Below, in pieces: positions 30,387 to 45,130 of a DNA stretch of 64,000 nt (positions within the stretch are counted from its first letter, which is position 1; each line of letters starts with the position of its first letter). A model generated the notes under the pieces. The model was not told the origin of the DNA. It did not search any database and saw only the letters and a program-made list of their open reading frames with translations. Source of the stretch: Macrostomum lignano (lineage: Eukaryota); assembly GCA_002269645.1 (NCBI GenBank), contig NIVC01000035.1, positions 248,001 through 312,000 of the forward strand, in the 5' to 3' direction. A program made the position numbers and the translations under genes.

Positions 30387-30625
30387 AAATACTATTTGCA
30401 TTCTGTTTGCTCTCTATATACTACTATGCCCCTAGCTAGTAATATGCAGTGTATTATAGACCTGTGTCGCTGAAATGACTGTGCAATCCTATTTGTACTT
30501 TTATTTGATTCTTTTGTTTCGGCTTTTTGCTTATAGCATGTGGCTTCAAAACCTTGACTGGCCGGTCACATTTTTTGTCACATTTTGTGACAGTGATCAC
30601 ATTTGGCGCTTCACCTGACGTCAAT

Positions 30626-31150
30626 TTTTTGGCGCCAACCCTGACACCCACTTTGGCGCCAACCCTGACACTCACTTTGGTGCCAACCCTGACACCCACT
30701 TTAGCGCCAACCCTGACACCCACTTTGGCGCCAACCCTGACACCCACTTTAGCGCCAACCCTGACACCCACTTTGGCGCCAACCCTGACACCCACTTTGG
30801 CGCCAACCCTGACACCCACTTTGGCGCCAACCCTGACACCCACTTTGGCGCCAACCCTGACACCCACTTTAGCGCCAACCCTGACACCCACTTTGGCGTC
30901 AAACCTGACATCCACTTTGCAACTGGCCTTAAACCCACTTTGGCGCCAACCATGACACCCAATAAGGCGCCATTCTGACACCCACTTTGTCACTAACCAT
31001 GACACCCACTTGGCGCCAACCATGACACCTAATTTGGCGCCAACCATGACACCTAATTTGGCGCCAACCGTGACACCTATCTGGGCGCCGTTCTGACACC
31101 AGTTTGGTACCAACCATTATGCCTAAATTGGCGCCAGTCCTGACGCCCAC
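30626..31150 (+). repeat. 24-bp minisatellite (ggcgccaaccctgacacccacttt)
   Basis: Direct inspection. Confidence 0.95.
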
Positions 31151-32164
31151 CTTGGCGCTCTGTCGCAGGCCATTTTCTTAAGTGTTCAGTTTTTATAATT
31201 GCTTTTTTGCAATTTATCCTGCTATTTGTGGCAATAATATTATCTACACTACATATGTACTTCTTGTTGTCAAGACAATCCCAATTTGCAATCAAATCAG
31301 TAATAAAAGCTTTAATTTTGATTTTTAATTCTTTTTCATTGATTCTTTTCTATTTGCGTGAAAGCCAGCTTATCTATTTACTCACTGTGGCAAGAAATTT
31401 CCTGTAAATACTTAGCCATGACACACTACTTACAGTAGCGCTCTACCTACAGCAATTTTTTTCAGTTTTTTTTATTATTTGAATGTAGTCACGCGTTCGT
31501 TACCTTGGCCCCGTTTATATTATACTCAGTTGAAGTGATTTAAAACTGATTTTAGAGGCGATTATTAATATTACAAAAATTATCGGTATTGACTTTTTTC
31601 TGTGTGTTTGTGCTTTTCAGATGAGCCAAGCACTTTAAACTCAAGGGATTTCTACCGCAGGTCACACCCATGATGGCCAACCCCCAAGGCACTGGGAGTG
31701 TACATGGGAGTCGGGGCCGCTGTAATCCAATTTAGGATAATTCTGCATACAAGCCGATATGTATCGAAAATTTCATTAATAATTAGAAGTTCTGTTGACT
31801 ATTTCAAGTTCGAAGCTGTTGCGTCATCAGACCCCCTCCCCCAGTTTCCCCTCTCATTCCGGATAAACAAAAACCGACCGGAGCCCCCACCTGATGCTCT
31901 TGCGTCACCTGTCAATAATCTGCGGCCATTTCCTTGCGTGCGACTTTATATCGACTTTGTTGGCGCTGTTGCTAGGCGGAACTCCGCCTGCAGATGGGAC
32001 CCACAGTTATTAGTTGCTCGCCCGTGTGCGACCTATTTTGTGGGCTTAGAGGAACTGCGCTTCAAGTCCCAGAGTACGGGCACGCTATTAAGCTTTAATT
32101 ATTCATCTGACTGGATGACAGACAGTATTATGCCTTTGTAAGCCTTTATAATATTGAAATAGTT

Positions 32165-32800
32165 TGTTTGGCGCCTTCTAACATCCAATATAGCGCCCTC
32201 TGACACCACAATTGGCACCTTCTAACACCCGGTTTGGTGCCTTCTAATCAGACACCAAAATTGGCGCTTCCTGACACCCGATTTGGTGCCACTCTGACAC
32301 CCGATTTGGTGCCACTCTGACACCCGATTTGGTGCCACTCTGACACCCGATTTGGTGCCACTCTGACACCCGATTTGGCGCCACTCTGACACCCGATTTG
32401 GTGCCACTCTGACACCCGATTTGGTGCCACTCTGACACCCGATTTGGCGCCACTCTGACACCCGATTTGGCGCCACTCTGACACCCGATTTGGCGCCACT
32501 CTGACACCCGATTTGGCGCCACTCTGACACCCGATTTGGTGCCACTCTGACACCCGATTTAGTGCCACTCTGACACCCGATTTGGCGCCACTCTGACACC
32601 CGATTTGGCGCCACTCTGACACCCGATTTGGCGCCACTTTGACACCCACTTTGGCGCCTTCTGATACTCATCTAGCGCCTTCTGAAAACAGAATTGGCGC
32701 CCTCTGACACAATCTAGCGCCTTTTGACACAATCTAGCGCCTTTTGACACACAATTTAGCGCCTTCTGACACCCGATTTGGCGCCTTCTGACACCCAGTT
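32165..32800 (+). repeat. 21-23-bp minisatellite (ggcgccactctgacacccgattt type)
   Basis: Direct inspection; related to the 30.6-kb array. Confidence 0.93.
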
Positions 32801-33142
32801 GGTTCAATCAAGCGAGATCGGCCTTACAAGCATTTAAAATTCTCAGCTCGAATTTTTTTGGCCACTAATCCGAAAGTCCCAGGAGTGGAGCTTTGAATTA
32901 AAATCTCAAAAGCATTTTTTCAACTCAGTTCTCAGCCTCTTTAATAAGCTCTTTTCTGCCCTGTGCTTTCATTAGTGCTGCTGAAATTTTATTTCTAAGA
33001 GGAAAGTTAATTGCAGTGGAGTTAAACCTCTGCAGAATTGATTGGTCACCCACACGGCCCCTCAAAGTCTGCATGATATGCGGGTAGTGGACTTAGTAAA
33101 CCAAATGAATGCACCCCTTATTGGGCTTATAAATATTTGAAG

Positions 33143-34962
33143 GAGTGACAGGGAGAATAACAGGCAGTGTGACAGACTGAGTGACAGGGAGAATAACAGA
33201 CAGTGTGACAGACTGAGTGACAGGGAGAATAACAGAAAGTGTGACAGACGGAGTGACAGGGAGAATAACAGAAAGTGTGACAGACGGAGTGACAGGGAGA
33301 ATAACAGACAGTGTGACGAGCTGAGTGACAGGGAGAATAACAGAAAGTGTGACAGACGGAGTGACAGGGAGAATAACAGAAAGTGTGACAGACGGAGTGA
33401 CAGGGAGAATAACAGAAAGTGTGACAGACGGAGTGACAGGGAGAATAACAGAAAGTGTGACAGACGGAGTGACAGGGAGAATAACAGAAAGTGTGACAGA
33501 CGGAGTGACAGGGAGAATAACAGACAGTGTGACGAGCTGAGTGACAGGGAGAATAACAGAAAGTGTGACAGACGGAGTGACAGGGAGAATAACAGAAAGT
33601 GTGACAGACGGAGTGACAGGGAGAATAACAGAAAGTGTGACAGACGGAGTGACAGGGAGAATAACAGACAGTGTGACGAGCTGAGTGACAGGGAGAATAA
33701 CAGACAGTGTGACGAGCTGAGTGACAGGGAGAATAACAGAAAGTGTGACAGACTGAGTGACAGGGAGAATAACAGGCAGTGTGACAGACTGAGTGACAGG
33801 GAGAATAACAGAAAGTGTGACAGACTGAGTGACAGGGAGAATAACAGACAGTGTGACAGACTGAGTGACAGGGAGAATAACAGAAAGTGTGACAGACGGA
33901 GTGACAGGGAGAATAACAGAAAGTGTGACAGACGGAGTGACAGGGAGAATAACAGACAGTGTGACGAGCTGAGTGACAGGGAGAATAACAGACAGTGTGA
34001 CGAGCTGAGTGACAGGGAGAATAACAGAAAGTGTGACAGACTGAGTGACAGGGAGAATAACAGGCAGTGTGACAGACTGAGTGACAGGGAGAATAACAGA
34101 AAGTGTGACAGACTGGGTGACAGGAGGAATAACAGACAGTTTGACAAGCTGAGTGACAGGGAGAATAACAGACAGTGTGACAGACGGAGTGGCAGGGAGA
34201 ATAACAGACAGTGTGACAGACTGAGTGGCAGGGAGAATAACAGACAGTTTGACAGACTGAGTGACAGGGAGAATAACAGAGAGTGTGACAGACTGAGTGA
34301 CAGGGAGAATAACAGAAAGTGTGACAGACTGGGTGACAGGAGGAATAACAGACAGTTTGACAAGCTGAGTGACAGGGAGAATAACAGACAGTGTGACAGA
34401 CGGAGTGGCAGGGAGAATAACAGACAGTGTGACAGACTGAGTGGCAGGGAGAATAACAGACAGTGTGACAGACTGAGTGGCAGGGAGAATAACAGACAGT
34501 GTGACAGACTGAGTGACAGGGAGAATAACAGAGAGTGTGACAGACTGAGTGACAGGGAGAATAACAGAGAGTGTGACGAGCTGAGTGACAGGGAGAATAA
34601 CAAACAGTGTGACAGACGGAGTGGCAGGGAGAATAACAGGCAGTGTGACAGACTGAGTGACAGGGAGAATAACAGACAGTGTGACAAGCTGAGTGACAGG
34701 GAGAATAACAGACAGTGTGACAGACGGAGTGACAGGGAGAATAACAAACAGTGTGACAGACTGAGTGACAGGGAGAATAACAGAGAGTGTGACAGACTGA
34801 GTGACAGGGAGAATAACAGTGTGACAGACTGAGTGACAGGGAGAATAACAGAAAGTGTGACAGACTGAGTGACAGGGAGAATAACAGACAGTGTGACAGA
34901 CGGAGTGACAGGGAGAAAAACAGACAGTGTGACAAGCTGAGTGACAGGGAGAATAACAGAAA
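33143..34962 (+). repeat. 36-bp minisatellite, about 50 copies
   Basis: Unit gacagactgagtgacagggagaataacagacagtgt. Confidence 0.97.
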
Positions 34963-35456
34963 TTTGACAGGGACAGGGACCCATCTTAGCTCCCTTCCCC
35001 AACACCTGCCTTCCCCGTCCCCCCTCTCCTTCCACTCCATCAAGTCGGGTGACGCAATGGAGGCACGCAAACTGCAGGTTAGCAATCCCTGTCTGTATAT
35101 TCGGTCTGTACATACTAAAATAGTTTCTACCGGAGTCGAACTGCAGTAACGTCTCGTTCGCTATCTCACTCTTGGATTTTAGATGCGTGACGATGTAATG
35201 ACAAAAGACCTCCCGCTGTGACCAATGCTCCACCATCACGCTCTGATAAATGGCAGTGCCCCACCTCCACTAAAGCTGCTAAATGACTAGGCTTAGCGAC
35301 TCAACCTCCAGTTCGTGACTGACAAGGCGAAGTTCCTGGCTGACTTCCAAGAGTTGCCAGTTCTCCGGGTCTTTGTTCTACTGCTGGCGATTAGTAGGTC
35401 CGCTTTGATCTGGATTGGGGCTTGCAGCTTGGCAGCTACTGACACCCGACTGCCAA

Positions 35457-37612
35457 ATGAAGGGAGAGGATGAAGGGAGAGGATGAAGGGGAGAGGTTAT
35501 GAAGGGAGAGAATAAAGGGAGAGAATGAAGAGAGAGAATAAAGGGAGAGAATGAATGGAGAGAATGAAGGGAGAGAATGAAGGGAGAGAATGAAGGGAGA
35601 TAGTGAAGGATGAGAATGAAGGGAGATAGTGAAGGGAGAGAATGAAGGGAGAGAATGAAAGGAGAGAATGAAGGGAGAGAAATAAGGTAGAGATGAAGGG
35701 AGAGAATGAAGGGAGAGAATGAAGAGGGAGAATGAAGAGGGAGAATGAAGGGAGAGAATGAAGAGGGAGAATGAAGAGGGAGAATGAAGGGAGAAAATGA
35801 AGAGGGAGAATGAAGAGGGAGAATGAAGGGAGAAAATGAAGAGGGAGAATGAAGGGAGAGAATGAAGAGGGAGAATGAAGAGGGAGAATGAAGGTAGAGA
35901 ATGAAGGGAGAGAATGAAGAGGGAGAATGAAGAGGGAGAATAAAGGGAGAGAACGAAGGGAGAGAACGAAGGGAGAGAATGAAGAGAGAGAATGAAGAGG
36001 GAGAATGAAGAGGGAGAATGAAGGGAGAGAATGAAGGGAGAGAATGAAGAGGGAGAATGAAGAGGGAGAATGAAGGGAGAGAATTAAGGGAGAGAATGAA
36101 GGGGGAAAATGAAGGGGGAGAATGAAGAGGGAGAATGAAGAGGGAGAATGAAGAGGGAGAATGAAGGGAGAGAATGAAGAGGGAGAATGAAGAGGGAGAA
36201 TAAAGGGAGAGAACGAAGGGAGAGAACGAAGGGAGAGAATGAAGAGAGAGAATGAAGAGGGAGAATGAAGAGGGAGAATGAAGAGGGAGAATGAAGGGAG
36301 AGAATGAAGAGGGAGAATGAAGGGAGAGAATGAAGAGGGAGAATGAAGAAGGAGAATGAAGAGGGAGAATGAAGAGGGAGAATGAAGGGAGAGAATGAAG
36401 GGAGAGAATGAAGGGAGAGAATGAAGAGAGAGAATGAAGGGAGAGAATGAAGAGGGAGAATGAAGAAGGAGAATGAAGAAGGAGAATGAAGAGGGAGAAT
36501 GAAGAGGGAGAATGAAGGGAGAGAATGAAGGGAGAGAATGAAGAGGGAGAATGAAGAGGGAGAATGAAGGGAGAGAATGAAGGGAGAGAATGAAGGGGGA
36601 AAATGAAGGGGGAGAATGAAGGGGGAAAATGAAGGGGGAGAATGAAGAGGGAGAATGAAGAGGGAGAATAAAGGGAGAGAATGAAGAGGGAGAATGAAGG
36701 GAGAGAATGAAGGGGGAAAATGAAGGGGGAGAATGAAGAGGGAGAATGAAGAGGGAGAATGAAGAGGGAGAATGAAGAGGGAGAATGAAGGGAGAGAATG
36801 AAGAGGGAGAATGAAGGGAGAGAATGAAGGGGGAAAATGAAGAAGGAGAATGAAGAAGGGGAATGAAGAGGGAGAATGAAGAGGAAGAATGAAGGGAGAG
36901 AATGAAGGGAGAGAATGAAGGGAGAGAATGAAGAGAGAGAATGAAGAGGGAGAATGAAGAGGGAGAATGAAGAGGGAGAATGAAGAGGGAGAATGAAGGG
37001 AGAGAATGAAGAGGGAGAATGAAGGGAGAGAATGAAGAGGGAGAATGAAGAAGGAGAATGAAGAGGGAGAATGAAGAGGGAGAATGAAGGGAGAGAATGA
37101 AGGGAGAGAATGAAGGGAGAGAATGAAGAGAGAGAATGAAGGGAGAGAATGAAGAGGGAGAATGAAGAAGGAGAATGAAGAAGGAGAATGAAGAAGGAGA
37201 ATGAAGAGGGAGAATGAAGAGGGAGAATGAAGGGAGAGAATGAAGGGAGAGAATGAAGGAGAGAATGAAGGGAGAGAATGAAGGGGGAAAATGAAGGGGG
37301 AGAAGGAAGAAGGAGAATGAAGAGGGAGAATGAAGGGAGAGAATGAAGAGGGAGAATGAATGGAGAGAATGAAGGGAGAGAATGAAGGGAGAGAATGAAG
37401 GGAGAGAATGAAGAAGGAGAATGAAGAGGGAGAATGAAGGGAGAGAATGAAGGGAGAGAATGAAGGGAGAGAATGAAGAAGGAGAATGAAGAGGGAGAAT
37501 GAAGGGAGAGAATGAAGAGGGAGAATGAAGGGAGAGAATGAAGGGAGAGAATGAAGGGAGAGAATGAAGGGAGAGAATGAAGAAGGAGAATGAAGAGGGA
37601 GAATGAAGGGAG
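35457..37612 (+). repeat. 13-bp polypurine minisatellite (gaatgaagggaga / gaatgaagaggga)
   Basis: Direct inspection; the same family occurs at 39420-40100. Confidence 0.96.
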
Positions 37613-38299
37613 ACAGTAAGATCAGTGAAAGCAGCGCTGGATTGCTGAGCACACCGACCCTGACTCTGCAATGGTCAATACCCGAATTTTTTAAATCAAT
37701 CGCTTGTAAAACTTCACAAAGAAGCCATTGCGATACAAGAAAGCTCGAACGGAGGCTGACCCAGAAGCCTCTCCCAGATGAGAGCGATACCAGCAGACAG
37801 TTGGGAAAATTGCTTGGACAAGTTCTCATATCAATAAGCTTCATCAGTCCAGATCCCCTTTTGAGTGGTTCCGCGCGGCGAGGTCAGGCCGACTGTGTAG
37901 CTGACGGTTGTGCGATCGGACACTCAAGATAAATCTGACAGCGTAAAGACTAAAAAACAACTGCGCTAGGAATATGGATTGGGGTCAGGCCATGGACCGC
38001 TAGAGTTAGAGATCCGGATTTAGACAGCACTACAAAAAATTCATCAAATTCCTTTGTTCGTCCATTCCGCTGACTCCTGAGTACAACACAAGTGCGCCAA
38101 CACTGTACGCATACACGATCACACACGATCAATGGCAAGCAATGTAGACTCTCTGTACTTTGATTTGGTTCCGGTTCATTTGGGGCTTATATGCGCGAAA
38201 ATTAACCAGGGGGTTGTCAGTCAATTAATTCACAGCCATTTGAGCCAACTCCCAAGGCACAGACAATGTACATGCCTGACGATTAGAAAGTCAGGGCCA

Positions 38300-38700
38300 C
38301 TGTACGCCCTGTGTGAGCAGTGTACACCCTGTGTGAGCAGTGTACACCCTGTGTGGGCAGTGTACACCCTGTGTGAGCAGTGTAAACCCTATATGAGCAG
38401 TGTACACCCTGTGTGAGCAGTGTACACCCTGTGTGAGCAGTGTACACCCTGTGTGAGCAGTGTACACCCTGTGTGAGCAGTGTACGCCCTGTGTGAGCAG
38501 TGTACACCCTGTGTGAGCAGTGTACACCCTGTGTGAGCAGTGTACACCCTGTGTGAGCAGTGTACACCCTGTGTGAGCAGTGTACACCCTGTGTGAGCAG
38601 TGTACACCCTGTGTGAGCAGTGTACACCCTGTGTGAGCAGTGTACACCCTGTGTGAGCAGTGTACACCCTGTGTGAGCAGTGTACACCCTGTGTGAGCGT
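38300..38700 (+). repeat. 20-bp minisatellite, 20 copies (tgtacaccctgtgtgagcag)
   Basis: Direct inspection. Confidence 0.97.
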
Positions 38701-39419
38701 GTGCGAGCTCAGGGGTCAGCGGCAAGACCAGGAAGAAGGTTTCCCCTGTTTCCAGATACAATATCCATGGCTCTTGCGCCAAGGATCGGCGACTTGAATC
38801 CCGGACATCGATCTGACCTGAGTGTCTCTGTAACCCTGACTTTCGGATGCAGCTTTCTAGCAAAAAAGCGATTCACTCCAGACAAAGCCAGCACAATGAA
38901 GCAAAATAAATTACTCTTTTGTCAGCAGTGACTTCTGCATGATCTTGTGAAGTATCTTCTGTCTGTCTGTCTTCAGAACTGTGACGCAATCGCAGCTCAT
39001 TGTTAATCCTCCAGTGCTAATCCCTTCCCAAATCCAGCCATTTTAACTCGTACGCTGGCCCCTCTTTCGGGGAGATTATCGCAAGCTAACCGCAGAAGGA
39101 ATTTTGTGTCAGTAATACCGTTTATTTTTGGTTCAATAGGATTTCCCATTGTCTGACAGTTGACTTACGACTTAGGGACATCGCCCCGAAGAGTGTCTGA
39201 GTTAATCCGTTAGAATCAGTCCCACTACTGCATGCGGCGTGCCAGAGATTCAATCTGGAACTGCTAGGTGCTGGAGTTCCCTTGGCCAAATAAACACCCG
39301 GCATATTGAAATTCTGCTGCTGGAGTCTTTGAATAGATATGAACAGAAAAAACTGAATATAGAGCAAATGAAGTGAGAGGATTGAGAAAGAAAATGAAAG
39401 GCGAGAATTAAGGGGAAAA

Positions 39420-40100
39420 AGGAAGGAGAGAATGAAGGGAGAGAATGAAGGGAGAGAGAATGAAGGGAGAGAGAATGAAGGGAGAGAGAATGAAGGGAGA
39501 GAGACTGAAGGGAGAGAGAATGAAGGGAGAGAGACTGGAGGGAGAGAATGAAGGGAGAGAATGAAGTGGAGAATGAAGGGAGTGAGACTGGAGGAAGACA
39601 ATGAAGGGAAAGAATGAAGGGAGAGAATGAAGGGAGAGAATGAAGGGAGAGAGACTGAAGGAGACTGAAGGGAGATATGAAGGGAGAGAATGAATAGAGA
39701 GAGAGAGACTGGAGGGACAGAAAGAAGGGATAGAATGAAGGGAGAGAATAAAGGGAGAATGAAGAGAGAGACTGAAGGAAGAGACTAAAGGAAGAGAATG
39801 AAGGGAGATAGTGAAGGGGGAGAATGAAGGGAGAGAATGAAGGGAGAGAATGAAGGGAGAGAATGAAGGGAGAGAATAAAGAGAGATAGTGAAGGGAGAG
39901 AATGAAGGGAGAGAATGAAGGGAGAGAATGAAGGGAGAGAATGAAGAGAGAATGAAGGGAGAGAATGAAGGGAGAGAATGAAGGGAGAGAATGAAGGGAG
40001 AGAATGAAGAGAGATGGTGAAGGGAGAGAATGAAGGGAGAGAATGAAGGGAGAGAATGAAGGGAGAGAATGAAGGGAGAGACTGAAGGGTGAGACTGAAG
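39420..40100 (+). repeat. 13-15-bp polypurine minisatellite (gaatgaagggaga family)
   Basis: Direct inspection. Confidence 0.93.
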
Positions 40101-40678
40101 GGAATCTCAGGAGACAGAAGTCGGCCATCTGCAGCTACGCAGCAGCAACAGCAGTTCGAGAGCAGCAGACGGATGTCATGCAGTCACAGAAGTTCTGCCA
40201 TCGCAAACGGCCCATCAGACACCCCATTGTGGCCACATAGTGTTTAGGAATCTCAGCTATTTTGTTTTGAAACAAAATTGTTCAAACACACGGTCTTACT
40301 TGGATGGGTGAATTTGCTTTAACTGGGAGTAGTGGGGAATTTCCAGCTTATCAACTATTGCCGAGTCTTGAAGTGTGGCGCAATCCTCTATTGGGGATTC
40401 GGAATCTGGTTGCTAGGGCAAAGATCTAGAGCTGAAACGAACTGTAGGACTGAACATTAACAATGTTGATACAGAATCAGTTTCAACCGTAAACTAAAAT
40501 TGGCTGTTTAAAGAGAGTTTACTAGGCTTCCAAACAGATCAGCGGGCGGCCCCCTGGGCGACACACGCGATTCCATTAATTTTTCTGGTGATACTTCATC
40601 ACTGAGATTGCTATCTGCATGGCTGCTGGCGCAATCAAGCTGTGGTGTTGCTGAGTGACTGCTGCTGCTGCAGCTGCT

Positions 40679-40997
<319 letters not shown>

Positions 40998-40999
40998 AC

Positions 41000-41545
41000 T
41001 GAGAGTGAAGACAAGGGAGAGGAAGAGGAGAGAAGAGAGAGGAGAGTAAAGATAGGAGAGAGGAGAGAGGAGAGTAAAGAGAGGAGAGAGGAGTGAGGAG
41101 AGAGGAGAGAGGAGAGAGGAGAGTAAAGAGAGGAGAGAGGAGAGAGGAGAGACGAGAGAGGAGAGAGGAGAGAGGAGAGAGGAGAGAGGAGTGAGGAGAG
41201 AGGAGAGAGGAGAGAGGAGAGTAAAGAGAGGAGAGAGGAGAGAGGAGAGTAAAGAGAGGAGAGAGGAGAGAGGAGAGTAAAGAGAGGAGAGAGGAGTGAG
41301 GAGAGAGGAGAGAGGAGAGAGGAGAGTAAAGAGAGGAGAGAGGAGAGAGGAGAGACGAGAGAGGAGAGAGGAGAGAGGAGAGAGGAGTGAGGAGAGACGA
41401 GAGAGGAGTGAGGAGAGAGGAGAAAGGAGAGACGAGAGAGGAGAGAGGAGAGAGGAGAGAGGAGAGAGGAGTGAGGAGAGAGGAGAGAGGAGAGAGGAGA
41501 GACCAGAATTAGTTAAGAGAAGAAGAGAGAAGAGAGGAGAGGAGA
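41000..41545 (+). repeat. (GGAGA)n-type polypurine tract
   Basis: Direct inspection. Confidence 0.92.
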
Positions 41546-42219
41546 GAGTAGAGCAGGCAGAAGCATATGTGGAACATGCGTGGCCAAAGCTAAAGAAATT
41601 TACGCAGCACAACCGAGCTGAGAAGTGACGAGTAACGATTTAATCTACGCTCGTAACTCCCAAAAATAGCGAATTCCAGAGATTTCCAAGGCGTGAATAG
41701 CGAAATCTTATTGCTTTAGAGAATCAAATTGCAGTTTCTTCCTCTAGTAGAAAAAGCAAGCAGCTGGTGGCTTCAGCTGAGATCTGATCCCAAGAACTCT
41801 ATCCTCTGGGACCGTAGCAGCAACAGCTGCGAAGAAAAATGGCGATTGTTCAGAAGTTTTCCCCCTTGGATTTTGCCCCCGAGGCAAACGGAAGACAGAG
41901 AAGAAAATTCTCGATTGCATCACAGCCAATCCATAGGCTGAACGCACAGATGCAGTACGGCCAATTAGGCATTGCAAAATTGGAACAATTAACAATCGGC
42001 CGTGTGAATTACAGTCTTGAGGGGCCACTTTAGCCATACTTGGAGAGGCCCGGACACTACGGATACGGGCTGAAGGCGATTTTTATCAACAGAGCACCTC
42101 AAACAGGTGTTCTTGTGCAGCCAATAACCAAACTTCTGTACTCACTGAGCTTGCTTGATTTTTATTTTTGTCTTTTGGTTTAGATTTTGAATTCTGGCAA
42201 ATCATTTGTGAAATAACTA

Positions 42220-43175
42220 TAAGCAGATACAGACAGGCAGACGGATAGACAAACAGACACAGTCAGACAGGCACAGACAAACAAGCACAAGCAGATAGAC
42301 ACAAAGAGACAGACATAGACAGACGTACATACAGACAGGCACAGACTGCACACAGACACATACAGACAGACACATACACATACAGACAGACACAAACAGA
42401 CACATAAACAGACACATATAGACAGACACAACAGACAGACAGACACATGCAAACAGACACAGGCAGGCAGCAGCTAAAGCGGCCGCAAAGTTCATGCCTG
42501 TACACTTTAAAATGCTACATTTCACACTTTTATCCAGCGAATTCTATGGCTAAACTGACACGGAAAATCGCCACTCAATTCAGGAATTTCTCGCCAGATT
42601 CCCCCCCCCTTCATGCGGGCCTCTGCCAACCCTCGAACCCGCGTGAATAGAATCTCCGAAAAGGTAGGTCTCTCTCTCTCTCCCTCTCTCTCTATTAGAC
42701 GCACGCGTGAAAAGTGGCACCCATTAATGGCGGCGGTTGACACTCGACGCGAACCAGCCGCACGTCAGGTCCTCCCGGTCCAGCACAACAAAAATGACCG
42801 ACAGAGTGAGGGACAGAGGGTGACATCTGGCCTCCAGAGATCCTCCGGCCAAAAATATTGTGGTGGAAAGAAGGTCTTTGGTAGGGCCAAGATCCATCCC
42901 TGTTCTGATCCTCCGCGAATTTTATCCTCGTGAATTTTTTAAACGACAGGCAAAACATTGCGAGGAAAAAAGCGTGCGAGAGGCTCTCAGAGGCGTGCGG
43001 GTGTGACAGCTTTTTTCTCTATAGATTAAAAATGAATGTTGGCCATTGCGGCTGAGTGGCAAAAGTCGAATGCCGTTTCCGTGTTTTTTTGTTTCCTTTT
43101 ATTGCTGTTCGGGTTTGCTTTTTCTGGACAAAATAAAATGGTTGAGAGGAACAGTAAAAAAAGGCATTAAGATTA

Positions 43176-43263
<88 letters not shown>
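42220..43263 (+). repeat. Degenerate (GACA)-rich tract 42220-42470 and perfect (GACA)n 43176-43263
   Basis: Direct inspection. Confidence 0.85.
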
Positions 43264-43267
<4 letters not shown>

Positions 43268-43884
43268 GCCAATTATCACACAGTGAAGCAGGTGATCAGA
43301 AGCGTGATATTTTGTTGGTTTCCCAGCCACCTTGCCAGCTATGCTCAGTCACCTTAACAAGTTATTGAACATGCAAACAGATTCTCTTCTACTCATTTTT
43401 CCAGTTCTGAAATTTCCTCAACTTTATGCCAGCAATAATATGCCCACAGGAGCAAACAATGACACACGCCTTGCGCAATATGAACCCATTGTATTCCTAA
43501 ATTGCGCGAATAACACCCTTGGACATGGAATCGGGTTAGAGGGGTCACAGAGGTCAAACTGAGATCCGTGTGCGATACAGGGCGATTCCCAGTTTGTTTT
43601 GGTTGAAAGCGAAAGCCGTGCAGAGACTGAGCTGTCGCCGTAACCTGCATGGTTATTAAAACAAATACGGGCAAAGTTCTAAACAGAAGCAGCGATAGGG
43701 GTCCCGCGACCCTGATTTCCAGGGAAGCTCTGTTTGTTCCCCGAAGCCCGTCTGATGACTGGGAGTTTGGAGCAACAGCCCGCGGCTCCAACAGTGTAGC
43801 GCGGTTTTGTGTATCCGACGGAGTCTGCTGGGCAGGTGGGCAGTGAGAGTAGAGTTGGAGACTGTAATTGAGGGTAAAAAAGAG

Positions 43885-45130
43885 GGTGAAATGTAGGGTA
43901 GAAGTGAGAATGAACTGGAGCATAGAAGAGAGGATGAACTGGAGGGTAGAAGAGAGGATGAACTGGAGGTTAGAAGAGAGGATGAACTGGAGGGTAGAAG
44001 AGAGGATGAACTGGAGGGTAGAAGAGAGGATGAACTGGAGGGTAGAAGAGAGGGTGAGCTGGTGGGTAGAAGAGAGGATGAGCTGGTGGGTAGAAGAGAG
44101 GATGAACTGGAGGGTAGAAGAGAGGATGAGCTGGTGGGTAGAAGAGAGGATGAACTGGAGGGTAGAAGAGAGGATGAACTGGAGGGTAGAGGAGAGGGTG
44201 AACTGGAGGGTAGAAGAGAGGATGAGCTGGTGGGTAGAAGAGAGGATGAACTGGAGGGTAGAAGAGAGGATAAACTGGAGGGCAGAAGACAGGGTGAACT
44301 GGAGGGTAGAAGAGAGGATGAACTGGAGGATAGAAGAGAGGGTGAACTGGAGGATAGAAGAGAGGGTGAACTGGAGGGTAGAGGAGAGGGTGAACTGGAG
44401 GGTAGAAGAGAGGGTGAACTGGAGGATAGAAGAGAGGGTGAACTGGAGGATAGAAGAGAGGGTGAACTGGAGGATAGAAGAGAGGGTGAACTGGAGGGTA
44501 GAAGAGAGGATGAACTGGAGGGTAGAAGAGAGGGTGAACTGGAGGATAGAAGAGAGGGTGAACTGGAGGATAGAAGACAGGGTGAACTGGAGGGTAGAAG
44601 AGAGGATGAACTGGAGGGTAGAAGAGAGGGTAAACTGGAGGGTAGAAGAGAGGATGAACTGGAGCATAGAAGAGAGGATGAACTGGAGGGTAGAAGAGAG
44701 GGTGAAATGCAGGGTAGAAGAGAGGGTGAAATGCAGGGTAGAAGAGAGGATGAACTGGAGGGTAGAAGAGAGGGTGAAATGCAGGGTAGAAGAGAGGGTG
44801 AAATGCAGGGTAGAAGAGAGGATGAACTGCAGGGTAGAAGAGAGGGTGAACTGGAGGGTAGAAGAGAGGATGAACTGCAGGGTAGAAGAGAGGATGAACT
44901 GCAGGGTAGAAGAGAGGGTGAACTGGAGGGGTAGAAGAGAGGGTGAACTGGAGGGGTAGAAGAGAGGATGAACTGGAGGGGTAGAAGAGAGGGTGAACTG
45001 GAGGGGTAGAAGAGAGGGTGAACTGGAGGGGTAGAAGAGAGGGTGAACTGGAGGGGTAGAAGAGAGGATGAACTGGAGGGGTAGAAGAGAGGGTGAACTG
45101 GAGGGGTAGAAGAGAGGATGAACTGGAGGG
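43885..45130 (+). repeat. 24-bp minisatellite (gaactggagggtagaagagaggat) with 25-bp variants at the 3' end
   Basis: Direct inspection. Confidence 0.96.
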
